Positions 20,424 through 31,500 of a stretch of DNA of 64,000 nucleotides are shown here, piece after piece. The position numbers and the translations under genes are program-made. This stretch comes from a virus. The notes beneath the pieces were generated by a model. It worked only from the letters and a program-made list of their open reading frames with translations, was not told the origin of the DNA and searched no databases. The stretch is from IMG/VR virus record IMGVR_UViG_3300045256_000294, positions 1-64,000 of that record. One strand, written 5' to 3'. Positions within the stretch are counted from its first letter, which is position 1, and the number at the start of each line of letters is the position of its first letter.

Positions 20424-21246
20424 GTTTGACCTTATTGATTCCCATCGACTTCAGGTGAACGTTCAATCCATCTCCGGAGTCTAGGCTCACGTTGATGTAG
20501 CTGGTGACCTCCGGTTGGCCATTCTGCTGGCTCCAATGCATGTGAGTGCCCAGAAGCTCCGGGAACCGCAGCCGCCACTTGTTGTACAGCAGCCGCAAGT
20601 AGACCCAATATTTCTTGTCGCCGATGAAAGAGGCACTGTAGCTGCCGTAGTGGATGATCGGCAGGTGAGAGCAGTAGACACCATAAGCGGCAGCCCTCGC
20701 CTGCAAACAGAGATCGACACCGTAGAAGTGGAAGCCAGTGAACAGAGAGTCGAAGCGAAGGCCAGTCTTCTTGTTCAAGACGAGCACGCACTCGTCGGCA
20801 CAGTGGACCTTGGTGGTGTCTTTCTGACCGTCCCAATAGGGAGGTTCGCCAAGTTTATCGTCGGAGTCCCAAACGCTCCCGACGGCCACGGTGTCAGTGT
20901 TTAAAGCACCACCCCACCGCCCGATATGCTGTCTACCGTAGTCGAGCGAGATGCCGGCGGAGCCTAGCACACCCCAATCTTGTGGGAGTTCGGCAACCAC
21001 ATCCTTGAGGCGGTCGAACCAGCGATATAGGAGCCGGATGTCCTGGTGAGCGAAGACGAGGATGTCGGAGCGGGCCACGTCGATGCCGATGTTCAGGGCA
21101 TTTGCGGCACTGTATCGGTTATCCTCGTTTAAAACGGGGATTATCTCAATATCGTGGCTGCGGCGGTTCTCGGCGATGCTCGCCAAGAGACACTTCTCGT
21201 AGACGTCTGGGCGGGACACACAGGTAATGATCGAGACGTCTGGCAT
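20383..21246 (-). CDS. glycosyltransferase family 2-like
   Basis: NIGID...ILVFAHQDI, GVLGSAG, DEC, FHFYGVDLCLQA motifs. Confidence 0.88.
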   Translation of the reverse strand: MPDVSIITCVSRPDVYEKCLLASIAENRRSHDIEIIPVLNEDNRYSAANALNIGIDVARSDILVFAHQDIRLLYRWFDRLKDVVAELPQDWGVLGSAGISLDYGRQHIGRWGGALNTDTVAVGSVWDSDDKLGEPPYWDGQKDTTKVHCADECVLVLNKKTGLRFDSLFTGFHFYGVDLCLQARAAAYGVYCSHLPIIHYGSYSASFIGDKKYWVYLRLLYNKWRLRFPELLGTHMHWSQQNGQPEVTSYINVSLDSGDGLNVHLKSMGINKVKLKSDRRQGLLEIP

Positions 21247-21290
21247 GATGTCAAATCTATTAGTAACTGGACCCTTGGGAGGGAGAAACC

Positions 21291-21521
21291 ATGGCGGTAG
21301 CCGTCACGACCATCACGAACCTGTCGAAGCAAGCGGTGCCGGTGCTCGTCAACGAGATCCCACTAGCCAAGACGTCGGAATCGTCCGACCTACCGCCGGG
21401 TGAGGCTCGCCAACTGCTCATTCAGCCCGGTGCCTCGATCACTGTCGAATCCCGCCGGCTGGATCAGGGTCAGCTTGACCAACTCCGTCGCAAGGGGCTT
21501 CTGTCGTACACGTCCGCGTAA
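21291..21521 (+). CDS. small protein, paralog of 3434..3679
   Basis: GGAG SD; ITNLSKQAVPVLV...QLLIQPG...LDQGQLDQLRRKGLL. Confidence 0.75.
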   Translation: MAVAVTTITNLSKQAVPVLVNEIPLAKTSESSDLPPGEARQLLIQPGASITVESRRLDQGQLDQLRRKGLLSYTSA

Positions 21522-21541
21522 GCCCAGCGAGTCCAGCCAGA

Positions 21542-21562
21542 CCCGCCCCATGATGGGGCGGG
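21542..21562. terminator. hairpin between convergent genes
   Basis: CCCGCCCCA-TGA-TGGGGCGGG inverted repeat. Confidence 0.55.
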
Positions 21563-21575
21563 CCTTCCTGCCAGA

Positions 21576-22346
21576 TCACTCCTTGATCGGCAAATCGTCT
21601 GGGATCTCCCGCAAAGCCAGCTTACCGACCCCCACCGAGATGAAGTCTCGGAATTTCTCTTCATCCATTTCCCACTGCTTGATCTCGGTCAGGCACTGCC
21701 GATATTTAGTACCAAGCTCGGTGTCCGACCGCTGATGCCCCTTCTGCAGTAGCTGCCCAGCGAACCGATCCAAGTCATCCAGCCCAGCGCGATCCCAGAC
21801 CGGACCGCGAACAGTCGATTCCCGCCAGAACTTGTACCGCAGCAGGCAGCTGATCAGCCGCTTATCCACTTCAGAATGCTGGCGGAGCCAGCATTTGGAG
21901 TCCATATCATAGCAGCAGTCGGCAATAAGCTTGAAAGCGGTGTTGATCGCCGCCTCTGCCGGCTTCAGGCACATCTCGCGGATCACCGTGTCGAACTTCC
22001 ACACCCGATGCCGTTCGGTGTAGTACAGTTGGGTGAAGTGCTGGACGGCGACTTGGTAATCGTGAGGAAGGGCGAACACCAACCCCTTAATGATGTCATC
22101 GTAACGAGGAGGAAGAGTGCCAGGCATCTTGCCACGGAGAGCAGCCGGGAACTGCTCCTGCCAGTGATCTTCCACCCACTTGACGTACGAGTCCTGCTTG
22201 AACTTGTCTACTGAGTCCCAATCCAGCTTGAACAGGTTGTACATTCGCGAGTCGGCGGCTTGGGAACCGACCGGAACCTTGACATTCTGGAACAGGAGAC
22301 GGGGAACGTAGAAATGCTCTACCGAACCGTGATAACGGCCCAACAT
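21576..22346 (-). CDS. hypothetical protein
   Basis: 256-aa ORF with GAGGGG SD. Confidence 0.75.
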   Translation of the reverse strand: MLGRYHGSVEHFYVPRLLFQNVKVPVGSQAADSRMYNLFKLDWDSVDKFKQDSYVKWVEDHWQEQFPAALRGKMPGTLPPRYDDIIKGLVFALPHDYQVAVQHFTQLYYTERHRVWKFDTVIREMCLKPAEAAINTAFKLIADCCYDMDSKCWLRQHSEVDKRLISCLLRYKFWRESTVRGPVWDRAGLDDLDRFAGQLLQKGHQRSDTELGTKYRQCLTEIKQWEMDEEKFRDFISVGVGKLALREIPDDLPIKE

Positions 22347-22424
22347 ACTGACCCCTCAGTTAGCGACCACGCAATAGCACCGCCAACCTTCGGCGGAATC
22401 CGCCCCATCTTGGAGGCGGACTAT

Positions 22425-23123
22425 CTACACGTAGAGTACTGACGGAGTGGGATGGAAACTAGCATCGCGAGTGGCAACGATGTTCAGCCGTGGCCCGGCA
22501 GGAGCGTTGTGACGTTGTTCGTGGAGCGTCCGAAAGCCGTGCTTGGCCAGAATAGCCCTCAGCACAGCCTCGTCCAACCAAATGCTTGAGGCATCGATGC
22601 CGCTGAGGGGGTCGTGCCAGCCATGCTCATTATACACCCCGCCAGTGTATACCTCACCATCGAAATATTCGACTGTCGGCTGCAGACCTTGCTTGTTGAC
22701 GTGCGTATCCAGGCAGAGCGTCTGGCACATCGGCAGGACACGATGGAGATGGGCTACCGGCCGAGACAGGTGGTAAAGAACGCCTACGTGGACCAGTACA
22801 TCGGTCTTGAACTCTATCTCTTCCACATTGTCGAGCACCACATCAACGTTGCGGATATTCAGGAGATTCAGCCGCAGCAGAGTCTTGGCGACGTTATCCG
22901 GCCGAACGTCGATGGCTGTGACGTGCTTGAATCGCCTAGCGAGTGGGACCGTGTGCCAACCGTGCCAACAGCCAAACTCAATGGCTGCAAGCTGCTTACA
23001 CGGCAAATTGTCCAGAATGTATCGCAGCCGGAAATCCGGCTCAGGAAACTCGATGTGCCCGCCGAACATCGGCAGCAGTTGCTGTCGGACCAGAGCTTGC
23101 CAGGGTGCTCGCAGTAAGATCAT
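22425..23123 (-). CDS. class I SAM-dependent methyltransferase
   Basis: IEFGCWHG, VTAIDVR, GVLYHL..P motifs. Confidence 0.88.
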   Translation of the reverse strand: MILLRAPWQALVRQQLLPMFGGHIEFPEPDFRLRYILDNLPCKQLAAIEFGCWHGWHTVPLARRFKHVTAIDVRPDNVAKTLLRLNLLNIRNVDVVLDNVEEIEFKTDVLVHVGVLYHLSRPVAHLHRVLPMCQTLCLDTHVNKQGLQPTVEYFDGEVYTGGVYNEHGWHDPLSGIDASSIWLDEAVLRAILAKHGFRTLHEQRHNAPAGPRLNIVATRDASFHPTPSVLYV

Positions 23124-23599
23124 GTTAGCTCAAGGAGAACAAAGCGGTCATCGAGCCCGTCCTTGAGAATAGGTACGACCTCCGCCCGCTCCAGACCGCC
23201 GGCACCACACCCCACCAGCGGTAGAGCGATCTCACCGAAGACCAGCTTCTTCTCACGCAGAATCTCACCCAGCTTCTGTAACTGCTTTACACCGCGAGCG
23301 ATAAGGTCGATGTCGGACGGTGATTGCCAGGACATCCACGGCTGGCGGACATTCAACGGCTTAGTCGGGAACAGGATGAGATTGCCCTCATAATAAGGGC
23401 AGACGGCGGTATTCGCCCCATACTTCTGGCAGTGGTCCCCGTACCACGTGGCAAGGTCTGGGTATAATTCGGAAGCAGCAAGAGCAACCCCGGCTCCCAT
23501 GGGGTTACTCCCATCGCGTTTCCAGCCGATGTTGGTGGGGATGACAGCCCACCTTTTCTCGGCCATCCAGACGGTGATACTGCCGCGACGTTCAACCAC
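23120..23599 (-). CDS. macro domain (ADP-ribose binding/processing) protein
   Basis: IPTN..MGAGVAL, FPTK, IALPLVGCGAGGL motifs. Confidence 0.85.
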   Translation of the reverse strand: MVERRGSITVWMAEKRWAVIPTNIGWKRDGSNPMGAGVALAASELYPDLATWYGDHCQKYGANTAVCPYYEGNLILFPTKPLNVRQPWMSWQSPSDIDLIARGVKQLQKLGEILREKKLVFGEIALPLVGCGAGGLERAEVVPILKDGLDDRFVLLELT

Positions 23600-24166
23600 T
23601 GTGACCACACCCCTCGTGAATGAGAGCTTTGAATTTCGCCAGATGACCCAGCAGTTCCTGCTTCGGCATCCGGTCAAGGTCCTTGCCCGCCGTGGTGCGG
23701 ACAGCTTCGTGGGCGACATCCCGGTTGATTCAGCATGATGGTCCAGGTGGTCTGAATAGGGACCACAGTATGCCAGACCATCGGACCGACGATCTCGTAG
23801 CAGGACCACTTGGGCATGACGGTATGACTAACCGTCACCGGCTCGCGGTCCTGACGATTCTTGGATCGGCCAAGCCACATCTGGTATTGACCCTCCAAAA
23901 CCAAGAACGCACCCGGCCACGGGTGCGGATACGGGAAAGCCTCATAGGTGTGGCAAGGGTCAAATTTGTGCAGGCAGATCCGGTAGTCGTCTTTTGGGTG
24001 CCGTCCTCGAACGCATCCTGGAACAGGGAGTGCACCCGGTAGGTATATGGCTTACGGCGGTTGACGATCAGCGACTGCCACCGTTCCGGTTGTTTGAACC
24101 TTTCATAGATTTGGGCAGAAGCCGAAACAACTCAGGGATGAGCTTCGGCTTAGGAGCTTCGGTCAT
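23592..24166 (-). pseudogene. cupin-like phage protein with at least three frameshifts
   Basis: Joined frames give WQSLIVNRRKPYTYRV / RICLHKFDPC..PHPWPGAFLVLEGQY..WHTVVP / AVRTTAGKDLDRM. Confidence 0.55.
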
Positions 24167-24182
24167 GTTGACCCCCGGTGAT

Positions 24183-24926
24183 GTGATACAATTGATAATG
24201 GTCACCTATTTCAGGCCCAACGACCTGACCCGGTGCCTGGATTCAGTTCTATCTAACACGGTCGAACCCATCAAGTTGGCTATCATAGACAACTCCCGTG
24301 GTGGTCTGGACCATATCCTGGATAATATCGACGACCCCAGAGTTACCGTCTACAAGAATGACAACAACCTAGGTAAGGGTCGGGCCTTCATGAAGTGGTA
24401 CCCACATATTATGAAAGGGAACCGATTCGACTTCTTCGTGTCGATCGACTCGGACCTTGTGGTCCCGGAGGGTTGGCTGAGCCGGATGTTGAGGGCGGCG
24501 TACCGACTGGACAACCCCGGCATCTTGGCCCCCGTCTTGACACAGGAGACAGGCGACACCTTCGACCTACAGCGAGCCCGCGGGAAACTCATGATGCACA
24601 GGGAAGGGCAAGGAAGCGGCTTCGTGGGGCCGTCCCTGTTTCAGAATCGACATACGGCCGGTCCGCTGTTCCTCATTCACCGCAAATTCTTCGAGCAGGT
24701 AGGCGGCTACGTCCAGACTCAATTGTACGGAAATGACGACGGGGAACTCTGCAAAGCCGCCGCCAAGAAAAAACGCTTCATCGGCATCGTGACCGATGTG
24801 GAGGTCTTGCACCTAGACGGCGACGTGACCCCGGAATACCGAGCATGGAAAAAGCGGAACGTCAATAGGGACGCGGACCACAAAGGCTTTTGGGATCAAG
24901 GTCAGATGTCGGATAGTAACGATTGA
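24183..24926 (+). CDS. glycosyltransferase family 2
   Basis: MVTYFRP..L.RCLDSV, IIDN, NLGKGRA, IDSD, YGNDD motifs. Confidence 0.9.
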   Translation: MIQLIMVTYFRPNDLTRCLDSVLSNTVEPIKLAIIDNSRGGLDHILDNIDDPRVTVYKNDNNLGKGRAFMKWYPHIMKGNRFDFFVSIDSDLVVPEGWLSRMLRAAYRLDNPGILAPVLTQETGDTFDLQRARGKLMMHREGQGSGFVGPSLFQNRHTAGPLFLIHRKFFEQVGGYVQTQLYGNDDGELCKAAAKKKRFIGIVTDVEVLHLDGDVTPEYRAWKKRNVNRDADHKGFWDQGQMSDSND

Positions 24927-25509
24927 TGACTTCCGACTCCGCGGCCAGGACCCGCTTGGCCAACTTCTCATCGTAAGTGGCCCAGAATTTCGACGACTTC
25001 CCATCCATATCGGAATCGTTCACTCGCGGACAATTCCTGATCGCCGACGTGCTGAATTTCTCACCAGCCATAGACAGAGCCTGGATGATGTCCTCGACCA
25101 TGTTCTCGACTCTGCCCACGAAGTCAATGGGCCGCGGGCATTGGTCGATGAACGACTGACACTCCCAGGTGAGCCAACCTGACGGCTTGTAACGGAGGAC
25201 ATTCTCGACAAAAGTGCGGAAGTCGTTAGAGGCACAGTTGTAGTCGAGGGGATGCTGTGGCTTCCAGCCGTGCTTGACCCGGAACGCCCATCTGGACTGA
25301 TACCAGGTGAGCGGGTGGCGGACGAATGAGAACAGGAACTTGTCCTTGAAGAATTCGGGCGGCTGGTAGCGGGAAATCTCTGGGAAGTGGGAGTGTTGCT
25401 CACCCAACTCCAGGTGCGGGATCTTGCAAATCTTGAAGACGTGGCGAATCCACATCCCGCCGCACTTCGGGATGTGAAGAAAAACTGATCGGTCTGTTAC
25501 GAGAGCCAC
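24862..25509 (-). CDS. sulfotransferase family protein
   Basis: FLHIPKCGG (5'-PSB loop), FSFVRHPLTWYQS, DFVGRVEN. Confidence 0.85.
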   Translation of the reverse strand: MALVTDRSVFLHIPKCGGMWIRHVFKICKIPHLELGEQHSHFPEISRYQPPEFFKDKFLFSFVRHPLTWYQSRWAFRVKHGWKPQHPLDYNCASNDFRTFVENVLRYKPSGWLTWECQSFIDQCPRPIDFVGRVENMVEDIIQALSMAGEKFSTSAIRNCPRVNDSDMDGKSSKFWATYDEKLAKRVLAAESEVINRYYPTSDLDPKSLCGPRPY

Positions 25510-26048
25510 TTCGTTTCTCCATGGTGCGGGCAGACCCCGCCGTTCCTGGCCCGGCCGCAGTTACAGTTGAAGCACAGGACCTGAAATCCGGACGGATAGT
25601 TGTGTTTCTTGAGCCACCATGCGAGGTTCTTTCCGGACTTGCCGCCCGTCTCCCGACGATGCTCAGCCCCATCGTTGTTTACATGGTCAAGAGTGAGAAA
25701 GAAGATATTGTCTTCCCCACAGCACTTGCAGACCGGACCCCCGTAGTGAGACAGGGCCTCTAGAAAACGCTGACGAGCGGCAACAGTATTATATAGGGGA
25801 TTGGCGTCACGCCATTCCTTTTTGGCAGCATTATTCGCGACACCACAAGCGGGACAGCGTTTCTTCCCCGATTCCGCCGGTTGGCCACATCGACAGATCC
25901 CTACTGCGGCCAAGTTGCGGCGTCTGCTATTCTCCTTGAGACGCTTCTTCTCCCGGCAGACTCCACACTTAGTCTTGCTGGATTCAGGATCTCGGTATCC
26001 GCACTGGACGCACTTGCCGGCAGCTTTTCGGTCAGCGTACAAACCCAT
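25497..26048 (-). CDS. HNH homing endonuclease
   Basis: CKCCGE..LTLDHVNNDG..HR..WLKKHNYPSGFQVLCFNCN..CPH. Confidence 0.88.
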   Translation of the reverse strand: MGLYADRKAAGKCVQCGYRDPESSKTKCGVCREKKRLKENSRRRNLAAVGICRCGQPAESGKKRCPACGVANNAAKKEWRDANPLYNTVAARQRFLEALSHYGGPVCKCCGEDNIFFLTLDHVNNDGAEHRRETGGKSGKNLAWWLKKHNYPSGFQVLCFNCNCGRARNGGVCPHHGETKWLS

Positions 26049-26364
26049 GAGACATACCTCCTGACGTACCTTTGTCTGGAGAGATGTGTCCTGGAGTTGG
26101 CGTGCTCTGGAAAAGGAGGCGGGCGTAGATGTGGTCCGGAGTCGTCAGGGGGTCAGCCAGTTCTAGCCGTTCTACGACACGTTCGATTTGTTGGAAGTCT
26201 GTATGGTTGTAAGGCACACTGTAGACCAGGTTACCATCCATCACCATCAGCCGGACGGTCCAGACGCCATCAATCATGATGCTTGGACCGTTCGGGGTTT
26301 CGGAGTCGGTGAGAATCAGCCCGCGACCGCGGAGGTCATGGGCTATCGCCCCTAGGATGTCCAC
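26032..26364 (-). CDS. small L-A-D-P family protein
   Basis: GTG start (VDILGAIAHDLRGRG), C-terminal LELADP. Confidence 0.6.
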   Translation of the reverse strand: MDILGAIAHDLRGRGLILTDSETPNGPSIMIDGVWTVRLMVMDGNLVYSVPYNHTDFQQIERVVERLELADPLTTPDHIYARLLFQSTPTPGHISPDKGTSGGMSHGFVR

Positions 26365-26677
26365 CGCTGTTCCCCTTAGCGAGTTTGGCTTTGACGTTCG
26401 CGTAGTGCGGGATGTTCGGCGTGTACCCCGGCTCCAGCCGCACGAACTCGCAGCGGTACTGGAGGGCCAGCAGGCGGGCCACGTCCTCGTGGACCTCCCG
26501 CTTCTCGGCGACGATCTTGCACTCAACCCCACCCAACAGCACCACCACGCTGGTCACGTTCGGGTCCGCGGGCGGGTCGAGTTCGACGAAGTTCGCCACC
26601 CGCTCCATAGCCGCCCCCAGGAGGGTCACGGCGTCAGTGAGGTAGGGGTGTGCTCCCAGGGCCTCGACCATCTTCAT
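26336..26677 (-). CDS. hypothetical protein
   Basis: 113-aa ORF with strong GC3 bias. Confidence 0.65.
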   Translation of the reverse strand: MKMVEALGAHPYLTDAVTLLGAAMERVANFVELDPPADPNVTSVVVLLGGVECKIVAEKREVHEDVARLLALQYRCEFVRLEPGYTPNIPHYANVKAKLAKGNSGGHPRGDSP

Positions 26678-26803
26678 GGTCTGGCGGATGGCTTCCTCGG
26701 TTGGGGTCTGCTGTTGCAGGTCGTTTCTCCGCGGCAGTCCCCCTCAGGGAACAACCGCCCGCAGTTGTGGCATGAGTTGTACCGGCCAGACGGAATGACC
26801 ATG

Positions 26804-27364
26804 CTAGACCCCGATCTTGAGATCGTCGAGGGTGGTAAGGGCCTGGAAGTTGTAGTCCTTGAGCTTCTCAGCGGCACCGGCGAGCCGGTCCAGGAGGGTA
26901 ATCACCTTGATGACCGACGCCCCCTGTTCCTCCACCACCTTGATGGCCTTGAGGACGCTGCCGCCGGAGGTCGTGACGTCCTCCACGAGGACGACCTCGG
27001 AGTGCTTCTCCAGGTAGCCCTCGTACATCTCACCGGCACCCGGCCCGCGACCCTTCGGCTCCTTGCGGATCACGAAGCCCCGGACGTTCCGCCCGGCGGC
27101 CGGATAGCAGTGGAGGGCGGGGAGGACCGCCCCCACGATCGGGTCGGCACCGGACATCGGGCCGCCGATGGCGTCGAAGTCAGAGGGGAGAGCGGCCACC
27201 ACCGCCCCGACGATGGCGGCGGCCCCGTCCGGGGTCATGATGACCTTGCTGAAATCGATGTAGAACTTGGACTTTGCTCTGCTGGCGAGTGTAAATTCCT
27301 CGCCCTCCGGAGCCCAGACCACGCCATATTTCTTGATGACGCTGACGAGCTAGTTCTTATTCAC
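26804..27364 (-). CDS. pyrE: orotate phosphoribosyltransferase (in-frame TAG at codon 5 from the probable GTG start)
   Basis: FTLAS..SKFYID, GADPI, IRKEPK, VLVEDVTTSGGSV, LLDR..GA motifs. Confidence 0.92.
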
Positions 27365-27373
27365 ATCAGGGCC

Positions 27374-28327
27374 TCACGAAAGCATTTTGGTGGCTTCGTC
27401 CGCCAACCCCAATGCCGTGAAGAGGGTTGCCAGACGATGGTGATACGTGTGCCCCGATAACACTTCGTTCTGCTGCCGAGCTACAAGGTCCATTCGTTCC
27501 ATCTGGGTATCCGGCCGCGAGTAGTACCGGATGTAGTCCTGGAACTGGTCAGGATTGGGGGCAATCAGAGCAGAAGGTATCATCCGACGCAGACTCACCG
27601 CGGCGTCATGCACCACCAGAGCACCGCACAGAGCGACCTTGAAGGCTCGCTCCGGGATATCGATACCGTGGGAGTGGGTGTGCTGCTCTGAGATGCAAGG
27701 TCCGATTTTGCCCTGGTTCAGGAAATCGCACGCCTTGTCCTCGGCCAGCACGCCGGAGCAGAGCCCCGGCTGCCAGTCGCCCCAACCATACAGCTTGAAG
27801 GTCACTTCCTTCTTCTGCAACAGCGGTACGAGATAAGAGTCAATGGTCAGACCCTTGTAGGCCCAACGGCCACCCAGGTAGACCAGATCATACTGGCGGT
27901 CAGCCAATGGCTTGAGTTGTTTGAAGATCACCTTGTCGCCCGCGGTGGGCATCGGCACCCACGGGATACCGTGCTTCTGAGTCCAGTAAGACCACAGCAG
28001 ACGATCGTCCTCGTGGCCGTAGCCGAACACGCAGTCGGGCCGCTGATTCAGGGTCCAACGGATGTTCTGCTCTGACTCGTTGATTCCCTGGATGTTGACC
28101 GGGCCGTAGGGGTTGACGTGAATGGCGATCTTGCAGTTCCGCTTGGGCGGAATCGGCTGCTTATGGCTGCTAGCTCCGCAATATAGATCTGGAGCAAAAC
28201 CATGCCACGAAGGCTCTAGGCCGTCCCAGCGAGTTACCACATGTCCCTTGTCCCGCAGGGCGTTGATCATCCCGTCGGTGATGTACCCGAAAGCACCGCC
28301 GGGGCGTTGGCCAAACATAATTCTCAT
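27374..28327 (-). CDS. CgeB-like GT-B glycosyltransferase
   Basis: DLVYLGG, KLYGWGDW, IPERAFKVALCG, HTYHHR motifs. Confidence 0.8.
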   Translation of the reverse strand: MRIMFGQRPGGAFGYITDGMINALRDKGHVVTRWDGLEPSWHGFAPDLYCGASSHKQPIPPKRNCKIAIHVNPYGPVNIQGINESEQNIRWTLNQRPDCVFGYGHEDDRLLWSYWTQKHGIPWVPMPTAGDKVIFKQLKPLADRQYDLVYLGGRWAYKGLTIDSYLVPLLQKKEVTFKLYGWGDWQPGLCSGVLAEDKACDFLNQGKIGPCISEQHTHSHGIDIPERAFKVALCGALVVHDAAVSLRRMIPSALIAPNPDQFQDYIRYYSRPDTQMERMDLVARQQNEVLSGHTYHHRLATLFTALGLADEATKMLS

Positions 28328-28544
28328 AGAGACTATCCCTATTTAAGTTGTGTGGGACAGAAGACCCATCAAGGTTTATGTACCGACGCAAAATCATATA
28401 CCCAAGACCGGCATCGACTAAGATCGCGTTGGAGTGGATGCTCTTGACGCGGGCGGCGATGCCCCGCTCGTGGCAGAAGTGGCCGACGGCGTAGGTGGCG
28501 GGCTCAGTGAAAAGGATCACATCACCTATCGCCAGACAGTTCAT
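28170..28544 (-). CDS. hypothetical protein (3' end uncertain)
   Basis: ATGA-coupled to the upstream gene; overlaps the next gene. Confidence 0.4.
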   Translation of the reverse strand: MNCLAIGDVILFTEPATYAVGHFCHERGIAARVKSIHSNAILVDAGLGYMILRRYINLDGSSVPHNLNRDSLYENYVWPTPRRCFRVHHRRDDQRPAGQGTCGNSLGRPRAFVAWFCSRSILRS

Positions 28545-31500
28545 TTCAGAGCCTCAGCCAGTTCTTGGGAATATCCGATCCGTCGTAGTTGTTCACGCTG
28601 GCGGTCCACCCGATCAGCTATCTGCAGCCGTTTGAGTGATGCTTCCAGAGCCTTGTTCGCATCGTGATGGTCATGCCAACCACTCACCCGCGAGTGCCAC
28701 AAGTGAAGGAAGTCAAACATGCGGTCCTCCTTCCACTTAGTAGTTCCACTCAAGCGGGCGTAGAAGTCACAATCCTCGCAATTATGCACAAATAGACCGT
28801 TCACCACATAAGAATGGTCGTCGGCCACTTCGAAATTGTACACAGGCCCCGAGTATGATCGACTCTTAATGTCGTATACCGTCCCGAACTTGGACCGGCC
28901 CATCGAACTAGACCCAATCAGCGACGGCTTAGTGTAGACCGTGCTGATAAGATGCTCGAATTCGCGGTTCACGCACAGATCGAAGGTCCAGTCAGAACTA
29001 CCAGGGAACGACCCACCGGATCGCTTACCAAAGGAATGAGCGATCCCCAATCGCCGCATGATTCCGGAATAGGCCATCGCCAGATTAATACTAGAACTGT
29101 GGTAAACATGACGGCGTTCTGACCCGTTGCCGTGGTCGGCGTCCCCGTCACATCCGCCGCCGAGCAGGAGCGATAGTTGTCGATCGGTGAGCCCGTTAAT
29201 GAACGACTGTGACACTACCTTACTGGTAGCCTGGTGACGGCCCGCCACCGCTTTAATAGTCTTCGCCAGCAGCGAATTAAATACCCTGACTTCGCGGCAG
29301 CCATTCTTAACATAGTGGTACGCTACATTAATGTCTGGGTGCAATTCTTGCACCAGCCTCTCGACATGCTTCGCCAGGAACTCCTCACTCTGGCTAAGAT
29401 AGTAGCATACGGTCCGCAACTTGTCCGGCGTCTGCAACACCCCATCGGCAAGATACAACCCTAGCAAGTAACAAAATTGATCCATTTTGGCATAGACGTC
29501 GAACGAATTCTTGCTCAAATCAAGATTTGCTAAATCGCTCAAATCGTAGCTCGGAACCAACTCCGGCAGGAAATCGGTCGAAGCGATCACATCACCATTA
29601 TTAAGGGTATCGGCTCGTCGCCACATAAACTCATCAGGCCCGGTCTGCACCAGGAACGGGTGATTTGGGGTGACTCCCTTGATTGGCAGACGACCAGGAA
29701 CATAGACATCCAGAACGGTCCCATCATAGTGGCGACTACGCAACTCGATCGGTTGGAACTCGCACTCGTGGGTATAGAGGCGGTCAGAGGCCGTTACCGT
29801 CTCAATAGGCTTGTACCCCGCCTGAGTTAGAACGTAGTTGCCGGGGAGAAAACACCCATAACCCCAATAGTCCTCATTGAAGCCGCCGCACTTCCAGAAG
29901 CCCTTCTTGGTCACAGCCAAACTACCACCCTCGTAGTAGCCCACCACCCGTTCGCACTTGACCTCGGCGTCGATGATCCCAGAAGCGTTGATCTGCTTCA
30001 TCGACTCCTGAGTGGTGTACAGCACGGTACTACCGATATGACACGACTCATAATCACGAAGGATATCGGCGACGGCCTGGGTGTAGTGACCCTGGGCCAG
30101 CATGTCGGCATCATGGAGAATCACCATATCGCAAGGAGCCTTAGCCACACCGACATTGAACGCCCGGCTCTTGTTGAATAGCGGGCTCTCAGGGGCCGTA
30201 ACCAAATAGTGGTTGACCGGGGCATACTGGCTTATGTCGATTTGGGACTGCGAATCCTGCTCGACCATAATAAGATGGATCACCGGGAACCGCTGTGCCC
30301 GAAGGTTATTCATCACCGTGGCAATCGAGGCGGTCCGCTCGAAATCGCGGAACGGCACCACGTAGGCGATTTCCGGCACCCGGCTCTTCTCACTCGGACC
30401 GACATATACCGGCCGACGATGGGCGAACTTGGTGCGAGCCTCCTGGAGCAGACGGGAGCGTTCTTGCACCGCGGACGGCTCGGCGTACAGCTTGAAATAG
30501 TTGTCCGAGCCAGACACGTCGAAAAAGCCGGCGTCCTGCAGACCAAGCTCCCACACCCGCTGTGACCAATCCACGTGTTCCATGCCGTACAGACCATACG
30601 ACTCGTCAAAATAACCGCATGTCTTGAGGAACTGGTTGTCGAAGGCCAGGATTGCCCCATGGGGCTTGTCTTCAACCCGCAGCAAGGACACACCATTCTT
30701 CTGAACCACGGTGCCAAGGTCGGCACCGTATACCCCATACTGGCGGTACATGAAGTGGTGCATCCCGGTCTTGACCATCACGTCCGGGTAGAAGTATTCC
30801 CAGCCGTGATTCAAGATCTCCACATCGTCATTGAGCAGCAGCCCATACTGGAACCGCGACAAGCATCTCAGCAGACGGTTACTGTTGCAGGCAATGCCGC
30901 TGCGTTCCTGGTTCCTGAGGATGACGAAGTTTGGGTTGTTCGACAGTTCATTCAGGTAGGTGACGGTGGCCGGGTCGGTGCTGCCATCATCGGAAATGAA
31001 GACGGTTGTCCGCCGTAGGTCGGTATTCCGGATGATCGAGTCCACCAACCGGCGAAGGCTACCAGCCCGATTGAACGACATGATGCCTACGGCGATGCCG
31101 TTACTGACCGGGTAGTTGTTCCGATCCAAGTTGTAGCGTAGGAGTTCGTTGGGATCGCGACTGAGCGATTTGCCGACGATCTGCTTTTGTGGTCGCATAT
31201 GAGTAGACGGCACCGGCTTGCGATTGCCAATCTTGGCGGCCATCGCAATTTTGCGGGCACGTGCCACATCTGCCCTTTTGGGCTTGACTTGAGCGGGGGC
31301 AGCAGCTTGGATCTGTGACTGGGGGGTCTGGCGGCGAGCGGTTTCTGTGACCTTGACCTTGGCCTGCACTTTGATAGGAGCAGCGGCCTGGGCCTGCTGG
31401 GATTGGGCGAGACGCAAGAATCCGCGAGCACGGTACTTGTCGAAGAATTCCGACAGAATGACCCGTTGGTGTGGTTTCACCTTGAGTGATTTACCATCTG

